Assembly (NCBI GenBank): GCA_029974275.1
Contig: JARKSN010000039.1
Span: 1 to 35,850, forward strand
Direction: 5' to 3'
DNA from: Candidatus Hydrogenedentota bacterium
GTDB taxonomy: Bacteria > Hydrogenedentota > Hydrogenedentia > Hydrogenedentales > SLHB01
DNA: 35,850 bases
The notes under the pieces: generated by a model
Databases searched by the model: none
The model's input: the letters and a program-made list of their open reading frames with translations, nothing else
Told to the model about the DNA's origin: nothing
Made by a program: the position numbers and the translations under genes
Part shown: positions 19,735-28,764 of the stretch, one piece after another
How positions within the stretch are numbered: the stretch's first letter is position 1
Layout of the letters: every line of letters starts with the position of its first letter

Positions 19735-19773
19735 GTCCTTGATTCTCAGGCGCGGCGCCTGAGAATCAAGGAC
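19735..19773. terminator. Long perfect inverted repeat just downstream of the PEP-CTERM gene (terminator or mRNA-stabilising hairpin)
   Basis: GTCCTTGATTCTCAGGCGC-G-GCGCCTGAGAATCAAGGAC, 19-bp arms, 12 nt past the stop at 19786; no clear U-tract. Confidence 0.55.
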
Positions 19774-19785
19774 TTACAAAACAGT

Positions 19786-20484
19786 CTACGCCAGCTTGCG
19801 CCGGATTGCCAGCCCGGCCAGTCCAAGGGCTAGCAAGGAAAACGTGACGGGCTCTGGAACGATGGCCGTGTCCGCAAAGATCGCTTGAAACGCCAAGTCC
19901 GGCGTATACGGCCACGTATCCCATGCGTAGTCGTTGGCATCCGCCAGGGTGGCGAGTCCCAAATCAGAGGCGTTCATGTACAGGAATTCGCCGCCCGCGT
20001 ATTGATCGTCCGCCCATGCCGCGACGCTCGCGCCCGCTTCCGGTCCGGCAGCGGAGAAAGCGTCCAGGACGATGAAATACAGGTTGCCTGCGGTTACGGC
20101 GATGTTATGCGTCACGCCGAAGGTCTGCATGGAAGCTTGGTTCGGAGAGAGTTCCAAATGCTGGGGCGTCGGGCCATTATATGTGTTGTAGAGAATGTTG
20201 GTCATGTCCGGAGCGAACAGACCGCCTCCCAGATCCAGCGCGCCCACGATCAACAGATCAAACAACAACGTGCCGGACCCGTCGCTGGCCAACGCCACGG
20301 AGAAACTGGCCAGTGTGTTGGCATCCGCCAGAACCCCCTGAGCATACAAGGAGGTGTCCGGAAAACCGAAGACTTCGGCCGTCGCGTCGCCGCCCGACAA
20401 GTCTATCATCGAAGCCTGTGACGTCGATGCCAGCATCAACGTCAACGCCAACCCTACCAGCAGCCCAACTTTACTCCTAGCCAT
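19786..20484 (-). CDS. PEP-CTERM sorting domain-containing secreted protein
   Basis: Start MARSKVGLLVGLALTLMLASTSQA (signal peptide) with AAGGAG SD; C-terminus VPEPVTFSLLALGLAGLAIRRKLA. Confidence 0.9.
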   Translation of the reverse strand: MARSKVGLLVGLALTLMLASTSQASMIDLSGGDATAEVFGFPDTSLYAQGVLADANTLASFSVALASDGSGTLLFDLLIVGALDLGGGLFAPDMTNILYNTYNGPTPQHLELSPNQASMQTFGVTHNIAVTAGNLYFIVLDAFSAAGPEAGASVAAWADDQYAGGEFLYMNASDLGLATLADANDYAWDTWPYTPDLAFQAIFADTAIVPEPVTFSLLALGLAGLAIRRKLA

Positions 20485-20645
20485 TGCACTTTCTCCTTGC
20501 TGTTTCGCACCATCTCGAACGAAAGACGCGTGTGTCTTCCTCGTTATGGAATGACCCCAGAAACATTTCCCCAATGTGCACCCCATCGTAGGAAATGCGT
20601 CAACAGTCCCCTTGTCTACCGCCTACCGCCAGACAGCGTACTATT

Positions 20646-20674
20646 AGCATACAACTTAGGCGGAAAAATGTCAA
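20646..20674 (-). promoter_or_regulatory. Sigma70-type promoter for the PEP-CTERM gene
   Basis: Minus strand TTGACA-17 nt-TATGCT, ~160 nt upstream of ATG 20484, in an AT-rich intergenic region. Confidence 0.7.
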
Positions 20675-21072
20675 GGTCTACTTTCTCTTTTGTAGTAGTA
20701 GAACCCTCAATTCCCTACGCCGCGCGAGGCATTCCCTTACGCGACAAAAAACCAACAACGATCCATTCTCGACTCGCGCTCTCAAAAAGAGCCAACGGTG
20801 TAACAGCATATTTCGTACCGCATAGGAACGTTCCGTCGCGCTTGGGATTAGTCTGGAAAACAAGACGAACGAATACTGTATATAGGGGAGCGCGGCGTGT
20901 GTTGATGCCAGTGGTAGGTTTCTGGGAGAATACTTTCCATCGTCTCGCCCCATTCGATATTTGATCGTAGAGCAATAAGTTCTCCAAATTGGCATACATA
21001 TGGTCTATTTTGAAATAATTATACGCCGCTTAGGAGATTATGGTGGGGTATGCAGCCAGAGATCGCTGTGAT

Positions 21073-21828
21073 TCACGCTACAGGGGGATTGTCAGCGAAG
21101 GTTTTGTGAGGGGCTGCGGCTGCGAGCAACGCGTCGTAGTGACGCGCCAGATCGGGATACTCCTCCAATGCGGCGATGCCTGTGGCGGAAAGCGCATAGC
21201 GGCCCCGTTCCGTGCGGGCGAACCAGCCGTATACGTTCCGGTATAGGATAGATAGAGTTTTGGGGCCGGTTCCGAAGGCGCGCAGTTCCTTGGGGGCGGC
21301 ATTTCCCCATCGGCGCAGACAGCAGGCGATGTGGATGGCGTTTTCCCGGTAGGCGGTGACCAACTTGCGGCGGGCGCTGCCGCCGAGGTTGAAATCGCCG
21401 GAGCGCCCTCCTGCTTCCTCCAGCAGAGCGCGACGCTGGGTCTTGCTTTGTTTTCGCTCGAGGGGTTGTGGATGGAGCACAACCTGCACGGCGGACGGAG
21501 GCGCGCACCGGACCAGGATGAGCCCGAGTTCCAGCCTGCGCAGGAGATGCAAGAAACCGCGCCACTCGCCGGGCCGCTTGATTCGGGCGGAGTCGGGAAC
21601 GGCGATATACACGGACTGGGAGATGCGTTGCCTCCGGGCCGCCTGCACCAAAAGAGACACGGAGAGAACGCGCTTGATCTCGATGAGAACGATGTCGTCG
21701 CCTCGGACCGCCGCGACATCGCAATGGCGCACTTCGCTGCGCACCGTGTATCCGCGCGCTTCCAGGTAGTCGCGAATCGGCGGGTACAGCGCCGTTTCGC
21801 GATCAGGCTGTTTCGGCGTAGGTCCCAT
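21073..21828 (-). CDS. DUF2161-family protein (putative PD-(D/E)XK phosphodiesterase)
   Basis: RETALYPPIRDYLEARGYTVRSEVRHCDVAAVR...IEIKR...VTAYRENA...ILYRNVYGWFARTERGRYALS matches my recollection of DUF2161; start uncertain (ATG 21828 chosen). Confidence 0.75.
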   Translation of the reverse strand: MGPTPKQPDRETALYPPIRDYLEARGYTVRSEVRHCDVAAVRGDDIVLIEIKRVLSVSLLVQAARRQRISQSVYIAVPDSARIKRPGEWRGFLHLLRRLELGLILVRCAPPSAVQVVLHPQPLERKQSKTQRRALLEEAGGRSGDFNLGGSARRKLVTAYRENAIHIACCLRRWGNAAPKELRAFGTGPKTLSILYRNVYGWFARTERGRYALSATGIAALEEYPDLARHYDALLAAAAPHKTFADNPPVA

Positions 21829-21896
21829 GTGCGGACGCGGTCCTGCCGGTTGCGGTTGCCAGGGCTGCGCGAGAAACTGGGCGCGCGGCGCGGCGG

Positions 21897-22595
21897 CTAC
21901 TCCTTGCGGACATAGGCATGCCCCTCGTGCAATTGTATCCACCGGTCCGAGCGTTCCGCCAGCGTCTGATCATGGGTGACGACGACGAGGGTGACGTTCT
22001 CGCTGCGGTTGAGGCTCCAGAGCAGGCGAGTGATGCCTTCGCCGGTGCTTTCGTCCAGGTTGCCGGTGGGTTCATCGGCAAGGACGAGCGCGGGCCGGTT
22101 GAAGAGGGCGCGCGCAATGGCCACGCGCTGCTGTTCGCCGCCGCTGAGCTGGCCCGGCTTATGGCGGGCGCGATCGGCCAGGCCGACCTTATCCAGCAGT
22201 TCTTCGGCGCGCGCGCGGCATGTGCGGCGCGACGCGCCCCGGGCCAGAGCGGGCATCATCACGTTCTCGAACGCAGTGAACTCGGGCAGCAGGTGATAGA
22301 ACTGAAAAACGAAGCCGATGCTTTTGTTGCGGACGTCGTTCAAGGTCCGCTGGCTCATCGCATGGATGGGCTGGCCGCGGAACAGCGTTTCGCCGTCGGT
22401 AGGTGTGTCCAGCGTGCCGAGAATATGCAGCAGCGTGCTCTTGCCCACGCCGGACGGACCGGTGATAACGAGGGATTCGCCTTCGTAGACGTGAAGATCG
22501 ACGCCGCGGAGAATCCGCAGCTCGCGCAAGCCGTCGTGGTAGGCCTTGCTCACGCGGCGGCATTCGATAAGGGGAGGGGCGGCGGGATTATTCAT
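21897..22595 (-). CDS. lolD: Lipoprotein-releasing ABC transporter ATP-binding protein
   Basis: [60 protein letters not shown]; overlaps the lolC/E stop. Confidence 0.9.
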   Translation of the reverse strand: MNNPAAPPLIECRRVSKAYHDGLRELRILRGVDLHVYEGESLVITGPSGVGKSTLLHILGTLDTPTDGETLFRGQPIHAMSQRTLNDVRNKSIGFVFQFYHLLPEFTAFENVMMPALARGASRRTCRARAEELLDKVGLADRARHKPGQLSGGEQQRVAIARALFNRPALVLADEPTGNLDESTGEGITRLLWSLNRSENVTLVVVTHDQTLAERSDRWIQLHEGHAYVRKE

Positions 22596-23859
22596 AGCGC
22601 AGTGCATCCACGGGATTGAGTCGCGCCGCGCTCCAAGCGGGATACAACGTCGAGACAAAGGTCAGCGCGACGGCGCACAGGGTGATCCACAAGATGTCCG
22701 ACCATACCACCGCGACGGGGATATGGTCGAAATAGTAAATTTGACTGTTGAACAAGTCGATATGGAGCATCCACGCCAGAAACTCGGCGACGGGGGTGAT
22801 GTTGTACGCGAGCAAGGTCCCCGCAACGACGCCGATGGCGGTGCCGCTCAGGCCAACGTACAATCCCTCCAGGACGAACAGGATCAAAATGGAGGCGCTG
22901 CTGGCGCCAATGGTCCGCAAGATGCCGATGTCGCGCCGCTTTTCCATAACGACCATGATGAGGGTGCTGGTGATGTTGAAGGCCGCCACCAGGATGATAA
23001 ACACGAGAATGATGAACATCGCCACCTTTTCCTGCTTGAGCGCTTCGAAGAAGGGACGCTGATTTTCATACCACGTGGTGCAATGAAGCGCGGTGAATCG
23101 CTGGACGCGTTCCTTGACGCGGTTGGCGGTTTCAATGCTGGCGTCGGACAGGCGGCAGTGAACGCCGTCGACGCCGTCGACGGCGGTCAAGAGCTTGGCC
23201 GTGCCGAGATCGACGTAGCCGTAGATCGTGTCGAACTCGGACATCTGAGCTTGGGAAATGCCGCAGACCGTCACCCACACTTCCTGTCCCGCGCGCCGGC
23301 CGAAAGGCCCCACCTTGCCCTTGGGCGTGATGATGGCCACAGCGTCGCCCACGCCGACGCCCAGCGTCTCCGCCAGCAGATATCCCAGCACGATCTCTTT
23401 ATCCCGCGGGAGGCGCCCTTCTCCATAGACGCGCCCGCGCGCCGTCGTAAGATTCTCGCCTAGACTCGTCACGTCGCTTTCGCGCGCGGGATCGATCCCC
23501 AGGATATAAGCGCCCTTGTAGCGCTCGCCGTCTTCCGAGCTTTCCGTGCGGATGAGGGCCTCGACTTGAATGACGGGGCTGGCGGCGGTGATTTCCGGAC
23601 AGAGGCGGGTGATTTCCGCGATGACCTTCTCGGGATTCGCCATCGCGCCGTAACGGTCCTCGATAAACAGATGGGCGCGGTTGCCAATGATGGCCGCGGT
23701 GAGTTCCCGGTCGAAGCCGGTCATCACGCTCATCACCACGATCAACGCCATCACGCCGACCGTCACGCCGGCGATCGAGATGATCGTGATCAGGCTGACA
23801 AACCGCGTCTTGCGCTTGCCGCGCAAATATCGCATCGCCACGTAGGCTTCAAACCGCAT
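22588..23859 (-). CDS. lolE: Lipoprotein-releasing ABC transporter permease, LolC/LolE family (single copy here)
   Basis: [88 protein letters not shown]. Confidence 0.88.
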   Translation of the reverse strand: MRFEAYVAMRYLRGKRKTRFVSLITIISIAGVTVGVMALIVVMSVMTGFDRELTAAIIGNRAHLFIEDRYGAMANPEKVIAEITRLCPEITAASPVIQVEALIRTESSEDGERYKGAYILGIDPARESDVTSLGENLTTARGRVYGEGRLPRDKEIVLGYLLAETLGVGVGDAVAIITPKGKVGPFGRRAGQEVWVTVCGISQAQMSEFDTIYGYVDLGTAKLLTAVDGVDGVHCRLSDASIETANRVKERVQRFTALHCTTWYENQRPFFEALKQEKVAMFIILVFIILVAAFNITSTLIMVVMEKRRDIGILRTIGASSASILILFVLEGLYVGLSGTAIGVVAGTLLAYNITPVAEFLAWMLHIDLFNSQIYYFDHIPVAVVWSDILWITLCAVALTFVSTLYPAWSAARLNPVDALRYE

Positions 23860-23868
23860 GATGCCCCT

Positions 23869-25377
23869 TTATAACGTCCGCAGTTGCGGAAAGAAAATGA
23901 CTTCGCGAATCGAGGCCGAGTCGGTCAACAGCATGCACAAGCGATCGATGCCGATGCCCAGGCCTGCGGTCGGCGGCATGCCGACTTCGAGCGCCTGGAT
24001 GAAATCGTCGTCGAGATATTGCGCCTCGTCGTCGCCCTGTTCGCGTTGACGGAGCTGGTCCATGAAACGCTCGCGTTGATCAACCGGGTCGTTCAATTCG
24101 GAAAACGCGTTGCCGACTTCGAGCGCGCCGATGAACGGCTGGAAACGCTCGGTGATCGCTGGGTTGCCCCGTTTTTTCTTCGCGAGCGGCGAGATTTCGA
24201 GCGGATAGTCGTAGAGGAACGTCGGCTGGGTGAGCTTGGGCTGCACCTTGGCGGACATCACCTCGTCGACGATCTTGCCGTACCCCATGCCCTTCTCGAT
24301 TTCGACGTGAACGCTCTTCGCCAAGCGCGCGGCCTCCTCGCGGTCGTCCTTCAACGGTTCGAGGTCGATGCCCGCGTACTCGCGGATCGCGTCGAACAAC
24401 GTGAGGCGTCGCCACGGACGCGTCGCATCGATCTCGTGGCCTTGGTACATGAACTTCGTGCCGCCCACGACTTTTTCGATGATGGACACGAGCATCTCCT
24501 CGGTCTCGTCCATCAAGCCCATATAATCCTGGTAGGCCTCGTAGAGTTCCATCGTGGTGAATTCGGGATTGTGCCGCGTGTCGACGCCTTCGTTGCGGAA
24601 ACAGCGGTTGATCTCGAAGACCTTCTCGAAGCCGCCGACGATCAGTTTCTTGAGGTACAGCTCCGGCGCGACGCGCAGATAGAAATCGCGGTCGTAGGTG
24701 TTGTGATGCGTGACGAACGGACGTGCCGTGGCGCCGCCGGGGATGGGGTGGAGCATTGGCGTCTCGACTTCGAGAAAGCCGCGCGCCGTGAGCCATTCGC
24801 GCATCGTCTGGATCACCTGAATGCGTTTGCGGAAGGTGTCGTGAACCTCGGGATTCGCGACGAGATCAAGATAGCGCTGGCGATACCGCGTCTCGACGTC
24901 GGTCAGGCCGTGCCACTTTTCCGGCAACGGGCGCAGGGTCTTCGTCAACAACTCGAAGCGCGCGACGTGCACGGTGATCTCGTTCGTGCGCGTGCGAAAC
25001 AGTTTACCCGTTGCGCCGATGAAGTCGCCGATATCGAGGTCCTGCAAGGTCGCAAAGCCATCTTCGCCTAGATCATCTTTCTTGAAATAGACCTGCATGC
25101 GGCCGGTCTCGTCGCGCACCGCCGCGAACACGCTCTTGCCGTGCGCGCGAAATTCCGTCATGCGGCCCGCGATCGACGCCTCGACGAGGATCGCGGTCTT
25201 GTCCTCGGTTTCTGCTTCTGCTTTTTCGAATGCGGCGCGGGCCTCGGCGATCGAGCAGGAACGCGCATACAAATACTTGTACGGTTCGTCGCCCCGTTCG
25301 CGCATCTGCGCCGCCTTCGCGATGCGATGTTGGATGATGCCGTCGATGGTCGAATGATGTTCGTTTTCCTGCGTCAT
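23869..25377 (-). CDS. lysS: Lysine--tRNA ligase (class II)
   Basis: PLPEKWHGLTDVETRYRQRYLDL, GGATARPFVTHHN, LRVAPELYLKKL, FRNEG, GMPPTAGLGIGIDRL. Confidence 0.98.
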   Translation of the reverse strand: MTQENEHHSTIDGIIQHRIAKAAQMRERGDEPYKYLYARSCSIAEARAAFEKAEAETEDKTAILVEASIAGRMTEFRAHGKSVFAAVRDETGRMQVYFKKDDLGEDGFATLQDLDIGDFIGATGKLFRTRTNEITVHVARFELLTKTLRPLPEKWHGLTDVETRYRQRYLDLVANPEVHDTFRKRIQVIQTMREWLTARGFLEVETPMLHPIPGGATARPFVTHHNTYDRDFYLRVAPELYLKKLIVGGFEKVFEINRCFRNEGVDTRHNPEFTTMELYEAYQDYMGLMDETEEMLVSIIEKVVGGTKFMYQGHEIDATRPWRRLTLFDAIREYAGIDLEPLKDDREEAARLAKSVHVEIEKGMGYGKIVDEVMSAKVQPKLTQPTFLYDYPLEISPLAKKKRGNPAITERFQPFIGALEVGNAFSELNDPVDQRERFMDQLRQREQGDDEAQYLDDDFIQALEVGMPPTAGLGIGIDRLCMLLTDSASIREVIFFPQLRTL

Positions 25378-25420
25378 ACTTATTTGTCCTATGTCTCATT
25401 TATTTGCGGCGACTTTTCTC

Positions 25421-25447
25421 CAACGCAAAGGCGCAGAGAACGCAGAG
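25421..25447 (+). repeat. Left arm of 27-bp inverted repeat flanking the GxxExxY gene
   Basis: CAACGCAAAGGCGCAGAGAACGCAGAG; 23/27 identical to the reverse complement of 25853-25879; 9-nt periodic CGCARAG units. Confidence 0.85.
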
Positions 25448-25454
25448 TTTTTTG

Positions 25455-25820
25455 TCAGACTAGGTCATTAACGATACGTTTGATTCCTCTAGATAATACA
25501 GGCTCGTGAAAATTGATATTGAGACCTAAACGCTTCTTTGTCAGACGGAGATAGGTTAGCGTTTTAGCATGATCTTTCTCTGTCATCTCTTCCTTTGCTT
25601 TGTTGTCGACAACAACTTTGCCCTCTACAAGAAGGTCAAGGCGCAGGTCTGTAGCCAGTTTCACTCCCTTGTAGTCGATAGGGACGGGTTTCTGCCGTTC
25701 AAACGAAATGCCACGCAGGTGAAACTCATGACACAACGCTTCTTCATAAACCATTTCCAAAAGCCCTGGCCCCAAATGACGATGAACCTCAATCGCAGCG
25801 CCAATGATTCGCTCAGATAT
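25455..25820 (-). CDS. GxxExxY family protein (PD-(D/E)XK-like fold); start codon uncertain
   Basis: In-frame (ENE)ISERIIGAAIEVHRHLGPGLLEMVYEEAL...RLDLLVEGKVVVDNK...TYLRLTKKRLGLNINF; first ATG/GTG/TTG is the internal TTG 25775; ATA 25820 or ATT 25883 are candidate starts. Confidence 0.88.
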   Translation of the reverse strand: MSERIIGAAIEVHRHLGPGLLEMVYEEALCHEFHLRGISFERQKPVPIDYKGVKLATDLRLDLLVEGKVVVDNKAKEEMTEKDHAKTLTYLRLTKKRLGLNINFHEPVLSRGIKRIVNDLV

Positions 25821-25852
25821 CTCATTCTCGCGCTCTTCTCTTCCTTTGCGAT

Positions 25853-25903
25853 CTCCGCGCCCTCTGCGCCTCTGCGTTGAAATCCCCTCTGCGTCTTTGC
25901 GTT
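25853..25903 (-). repeat. Right arm(s) of the inverted repeat flanking the GxxExxY gene
   Basis: Minus strand CAACGCAGAGGCGCAGAGGGCGCGGAG (25879-25853), plus a second shorter copy AACGCAAAGACGCAGAG (25903-25887). Confidence 0.85.
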
Positions 25904-25914
25904 AGGCCTCCCGC

Positions 25915-27030
25915 TTACGCGGTCGCGGCTCGCCCCGCGAGTTTCCATTTCAAGTACGCTTCGATGAACATATCGATGTCGCCGTCCATCACGCGTTCGA
26001 CGTTGCCGACTTCGATGTTGGTGCGGTGGTCTTTCACGAGTTGGTAGGGGCAGAAGACGTAGCTGCGGATCTGGCTGCCCCAGGCGACGTCCTGGTGCCC
26101 TTCGCGTTGCGCGGCGAGTTCGGCCTCCTTCTTGCGTATCTCGATGTCGTACAGCTTGGACTTCAACATTTGCAGGGCCGTTGCGCGGTTGCGGTGTTGC
26201 GAACGCTCGATCTGGCACGCCACGACGATGCCGGTCGGCAGGTGCGTGAGGCGCACGGCGGAACTGGTCTTGTTGACCTTCTGGCCGCCCGCGCCGCTCG
26301 AACGGTACACGTCCATCTTGAGGTCTTCTTCGCGCACCTCGATGTCGATGTCTTCGTCCACCTCGGTGAGCACTTCGATCGCCGCGAACGACGTATGCCG
26401 GCGCTTGGCCGCGTCGAACGGCGAGATGCGCACGAGCCGGTGCACGCCCGCCTCGGACTTGAGGTAGCCATACGCGAACGGCCCGGAAATGCGTAGCGCG
26501 GCGCTCTTCAGGCCTGCCTCTTCGGCCTCCTGATAATCGAGCGCCTCCATGGCGTATTCGTGCCGTTCGCACCACCGGACGATCATGCGGTACAACATCG
26601 ACGCCCAGTCGCAGGACTCCGTGCCGCCCGCGCCGGGGTGAATGCTGACGAGGGCGGTCTTGTCATCGCGCGGATCGGTCAGCAGCGAATTGAGCTCGAG
26701 GCGATCGAGCTTCTCTTGCAACGAAATCGCAAGCGCCTCAAGCTCCGCCCCCATCGATTCGTCGCCTTCCGACTGTGCGAGCTCGACCAGCACCTGTGCG
26801 TCTTCGAGTTCGCGCAGCAGTTCATCCGGCGCGTTGACGATGCCCTTGAGCGCCTTGAGTTGCTGGACGGTTTTTTGGGCGGATTCGGGGTCGTTCCAAA
26901 AATCGCCCGCGGACATCTGTTGTTCGATAGCGGCGATTTTCTGTTTCGTGCCTTCGACGTTCAAACACCGGCGCAGCTCTTCGAGGCGCCGGGCGTAGCC
27001 TTGCACTTTTTCGGTTTCTAGTTCGTACAT
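25915..27030 (-). CDS. prfB: Peptide chain release factor 2 (no programmed frameshift)
   Basis: GAGGTESCDWASML, GVHRLVRISPFD (SPF motif), SSGAGGQKVN; continuous 371-aa ORF. Confidence 0.97.
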   Translation of the reverse strand: MYELETEKVQGYARRLEELRRCLNVEGTKQKIAAIEQQMSAGDFWNDPESAQKTVQQLKALKGIVNAPDELLRELEDAQVLVELAQSEGDESMGAELEALAISLQEKLDRLELNSLLTDPRDDKTALVSIHPGAGGTESCDWASMLYRMIVRWCERHEYAMEALDYQEAEEAGLKSAALRISGPFAYGYLKSEAGVHRLVRISPFDAAKRRHTSFAAIEVLTEVDEDIDIEVREEDLKMDVYRSSGAGGQKVNKTSSAVRLTHLPTGIVVACQIERSQHRNRATALQMLKSKLYDIEIRKKEAELAAQREGHQDVAWGSQIRSYVFCPYQLVKDHRTNIEVGNVERVMDGDIDMFIEAYLKWKLAGRAATA

Positions 27031-27067
27031 ATGCCCTTCCGTGTAATGAGAAAAACCGGAGGATGCG

Positions 27068-27913
27068 TCACTGCATGTTCAGCGGCATCACCACATAGTA
27101 CAGCATCGGCGCGGCGAACAAGAACCCGTCGCACCGGTCCAGCACGCCGCCGTGGCCCGGAAACATCATGCCGCTGTCCTTGACGCCCGCGTCGCGCTTG
27201 AGACACGACTCGGTGAGGTCGCCAAGCTGCGATGCGATGGACAGCAACAGGGCCGTCCCCCCGTACTCGGAGGCGCTCCACGCGGGCAATGCCAGCGCCG
27301 GAATGTAGCCCTTCAGTTGGTGCAGCAGCAGCATGCCGCCCACGGCGGCCAGCAAGCCGGCAACGGAGCCTTCCCAGGTCTTGTTGGGGCTCACCTTGGG
27401 CGCGAACTTATGACGCCCTATCGTCGACCCCGCAAGATAGGCGGCGGAATCCGTTAGGACCACCGACGTGAACAGCATGACAATCAGACCCGGTCCGAGT
27501 TTGGGCGTGCTGTGCAACAGCGTAATATGCGCCCCAAGCCACCCGACATAGAACACGCCGAACAGCGAACTCGCGAGCCCGGCCACGCTGTGCTGTCCGC
27601 GCACGATGTGCAGCGCCGATACGAGCAGGCAGCCGCCATAGAGCAAAAATCCAGCAAGCCATGCATTATGGAAATAGCCGCACAACACGATGAGCGTGCC
27701 CGCGAGAATGCCTCCGATGGTCTCCGGCGAAATCCGGCGACAGCGCACAATGGCGTAATACTCGTAGAGGCCTATGGCGGAGAGCGCGCCGACGAATGCG
27801 GCAAACCCGATGCGGCAATAGGCGGCGGGGGCGCACGTCAGCCATAGGACGGCGGGCAATACAATGACCGTCGTCGCCAGGCGAATCGCAAACGGGACCG
27901 CGCGCAACCCCAT
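27068..27913 (-). CDS. cdsA: Phosphatidate cytidylyltransferase
   Basis: DSAAYLAG...KVSPNKTWEG...GDLTESCLKRDAGVKDSG..FPGHGGVLDRCD; likely ATG at 27913. Confidence 0.95.
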   Translation of the reverse strand: MGLRAVPFAIRLATTVIVLPAVLWLTCAPAAYCRIGFAAFVGALSAIGLYEYYAIVRCRRISPETIGGILAGTLIVLCGYFHNAWLAGFLLYGGCLLVSALHIVRGQHSVAGLASSLFGVFYVGWLGAHITLLHSTPKLGPGLIVMLFTSVVLTDSAAYLAGSTIGRHKFAPKVSPNKTWEGSVAGLLAAVGGMLLLHQLKGYIPALALPAWSASEYGGTALLLSIASQLGDLTESCLKRDAGVKDSGMMFPGHGGVLDRCDGFLFAAPMLYYVVMPLNMQ

Positions 27914-27921
27914 CGCGCGCC

Positions 27922-28647
27922 TCAGCGTCCGCCGAAACGGCGGTTGCGCGACTGATAGATCGCGATGGCCTCGCGCAGATGTTTTTTCCGGAAATCCGGC
28001 CACAGGACTTCCGTCACGACCATCTCGGCATAGGACACTTGCCACAGCATGAAATTGCTGATGCGCATCTCGCCGCTGGTCCGGATCAACAGATCAACGT
28101 CCGGCAGATCCGGAAGATACAGGCGCTGGGCGAAACAGGCCTCGTCCACATGATCCGGATGCAGCCGTCCCGCCGCGACGTCCGCAGCGATGCGGCGGGC
28201 GGCGTCGGCGATTTCCGCGCGCCCCCCGTAATTGATGGCTAAATTGAGCGTCATCGCCGTGTTGTTGGCGGTGAGTTCGATGCTGCGGCGCAAGTCGTCC
28301 GCGGCGCGTTGCGGCAGGCCCTCGATCCGGCCCATCAAGGTCAGGCGAATATTTTCCTTGTGAAGATCGGCGACCTCGATGGAAATGTATTTGCTAAGCA
28401 AGCGGAACAGCGCGTTGATCTCGAGTTTCGAGCGCCGCCAGTTCTCGGTCGAAAAAGCATACAGCGAAAGGACTTTCACGCCGCCCAGTTCGCGACACGC
28501 CTCGACGGCGGCGCGGACGCTTTGGGCGCCGGCCTCGTGTCCGGCGGCGCGGGTCACGCCGTGGCGCTCGGCCCATCGCCCATTGCCGTCCATGATGATG
28601 CCGATATGGCGCGGCAGCCGGCTCTGATCCAGCTCTGGCACTCGCAT
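27922..28647 (-). CDS. uppS: Undecaprenyl diphosphate synthase (cis-isoprenyl transferase)
   Basis: PRHIGIIMDGNGRWA, YAFSTENWRRS, NYGGRAEI, DLLIRTSGEMRISNFMLWQ; likely ATG at 28647. Confidence 0.96.
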   Translation of the reverse strand: MRVPELDQSRLPRHIGIIMDGNGRWAERHGVTRAAGHEAGAQSVRAAVEACRELGGVKVLSLYAFSTENWRRSKLEINALFRLLSKYISIEVADLHKENIRLTLMGRIEGLPQRAADDLRRSIELTANNTAMTLNLAINYGGRAEIADAARRIAADVAAGRLHPDHVDEACFAQRLYLPDLPDVDLLIRTSGEMRISNFMLWQVSYAEMVVTEVLWPDFRKKHLREAIAIYQSRNRRFGGR

Positions 28648-28764
28648 AGAACCCTTTCGCAGATAGGCAGCCTGCGCACAAGCCGACGACCGCGCGCGCA
28701 TGCCCCGGAGGGGCAGCGCCGCGGCCGTCGCATTCCCCGGCGTGTTCCGCGGCAAGACCCGCGG

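Noticed and set aside
20825..20834. Palindrome GGAACGTTCC as an operator or SOS box
   Set aside because: Only 10 bp, lacks the GAAC-N4-GTTC spacing, and a few such palindromes are expected by chance.
25661..26575. 304-aa ORF spanning prfB and the GxxExxY region as a frameshift fusion
   Set aside because: It is in a different frame from both genes with no recognisable protein features, and the GxxExxY frame has a stop at 25904-25902.
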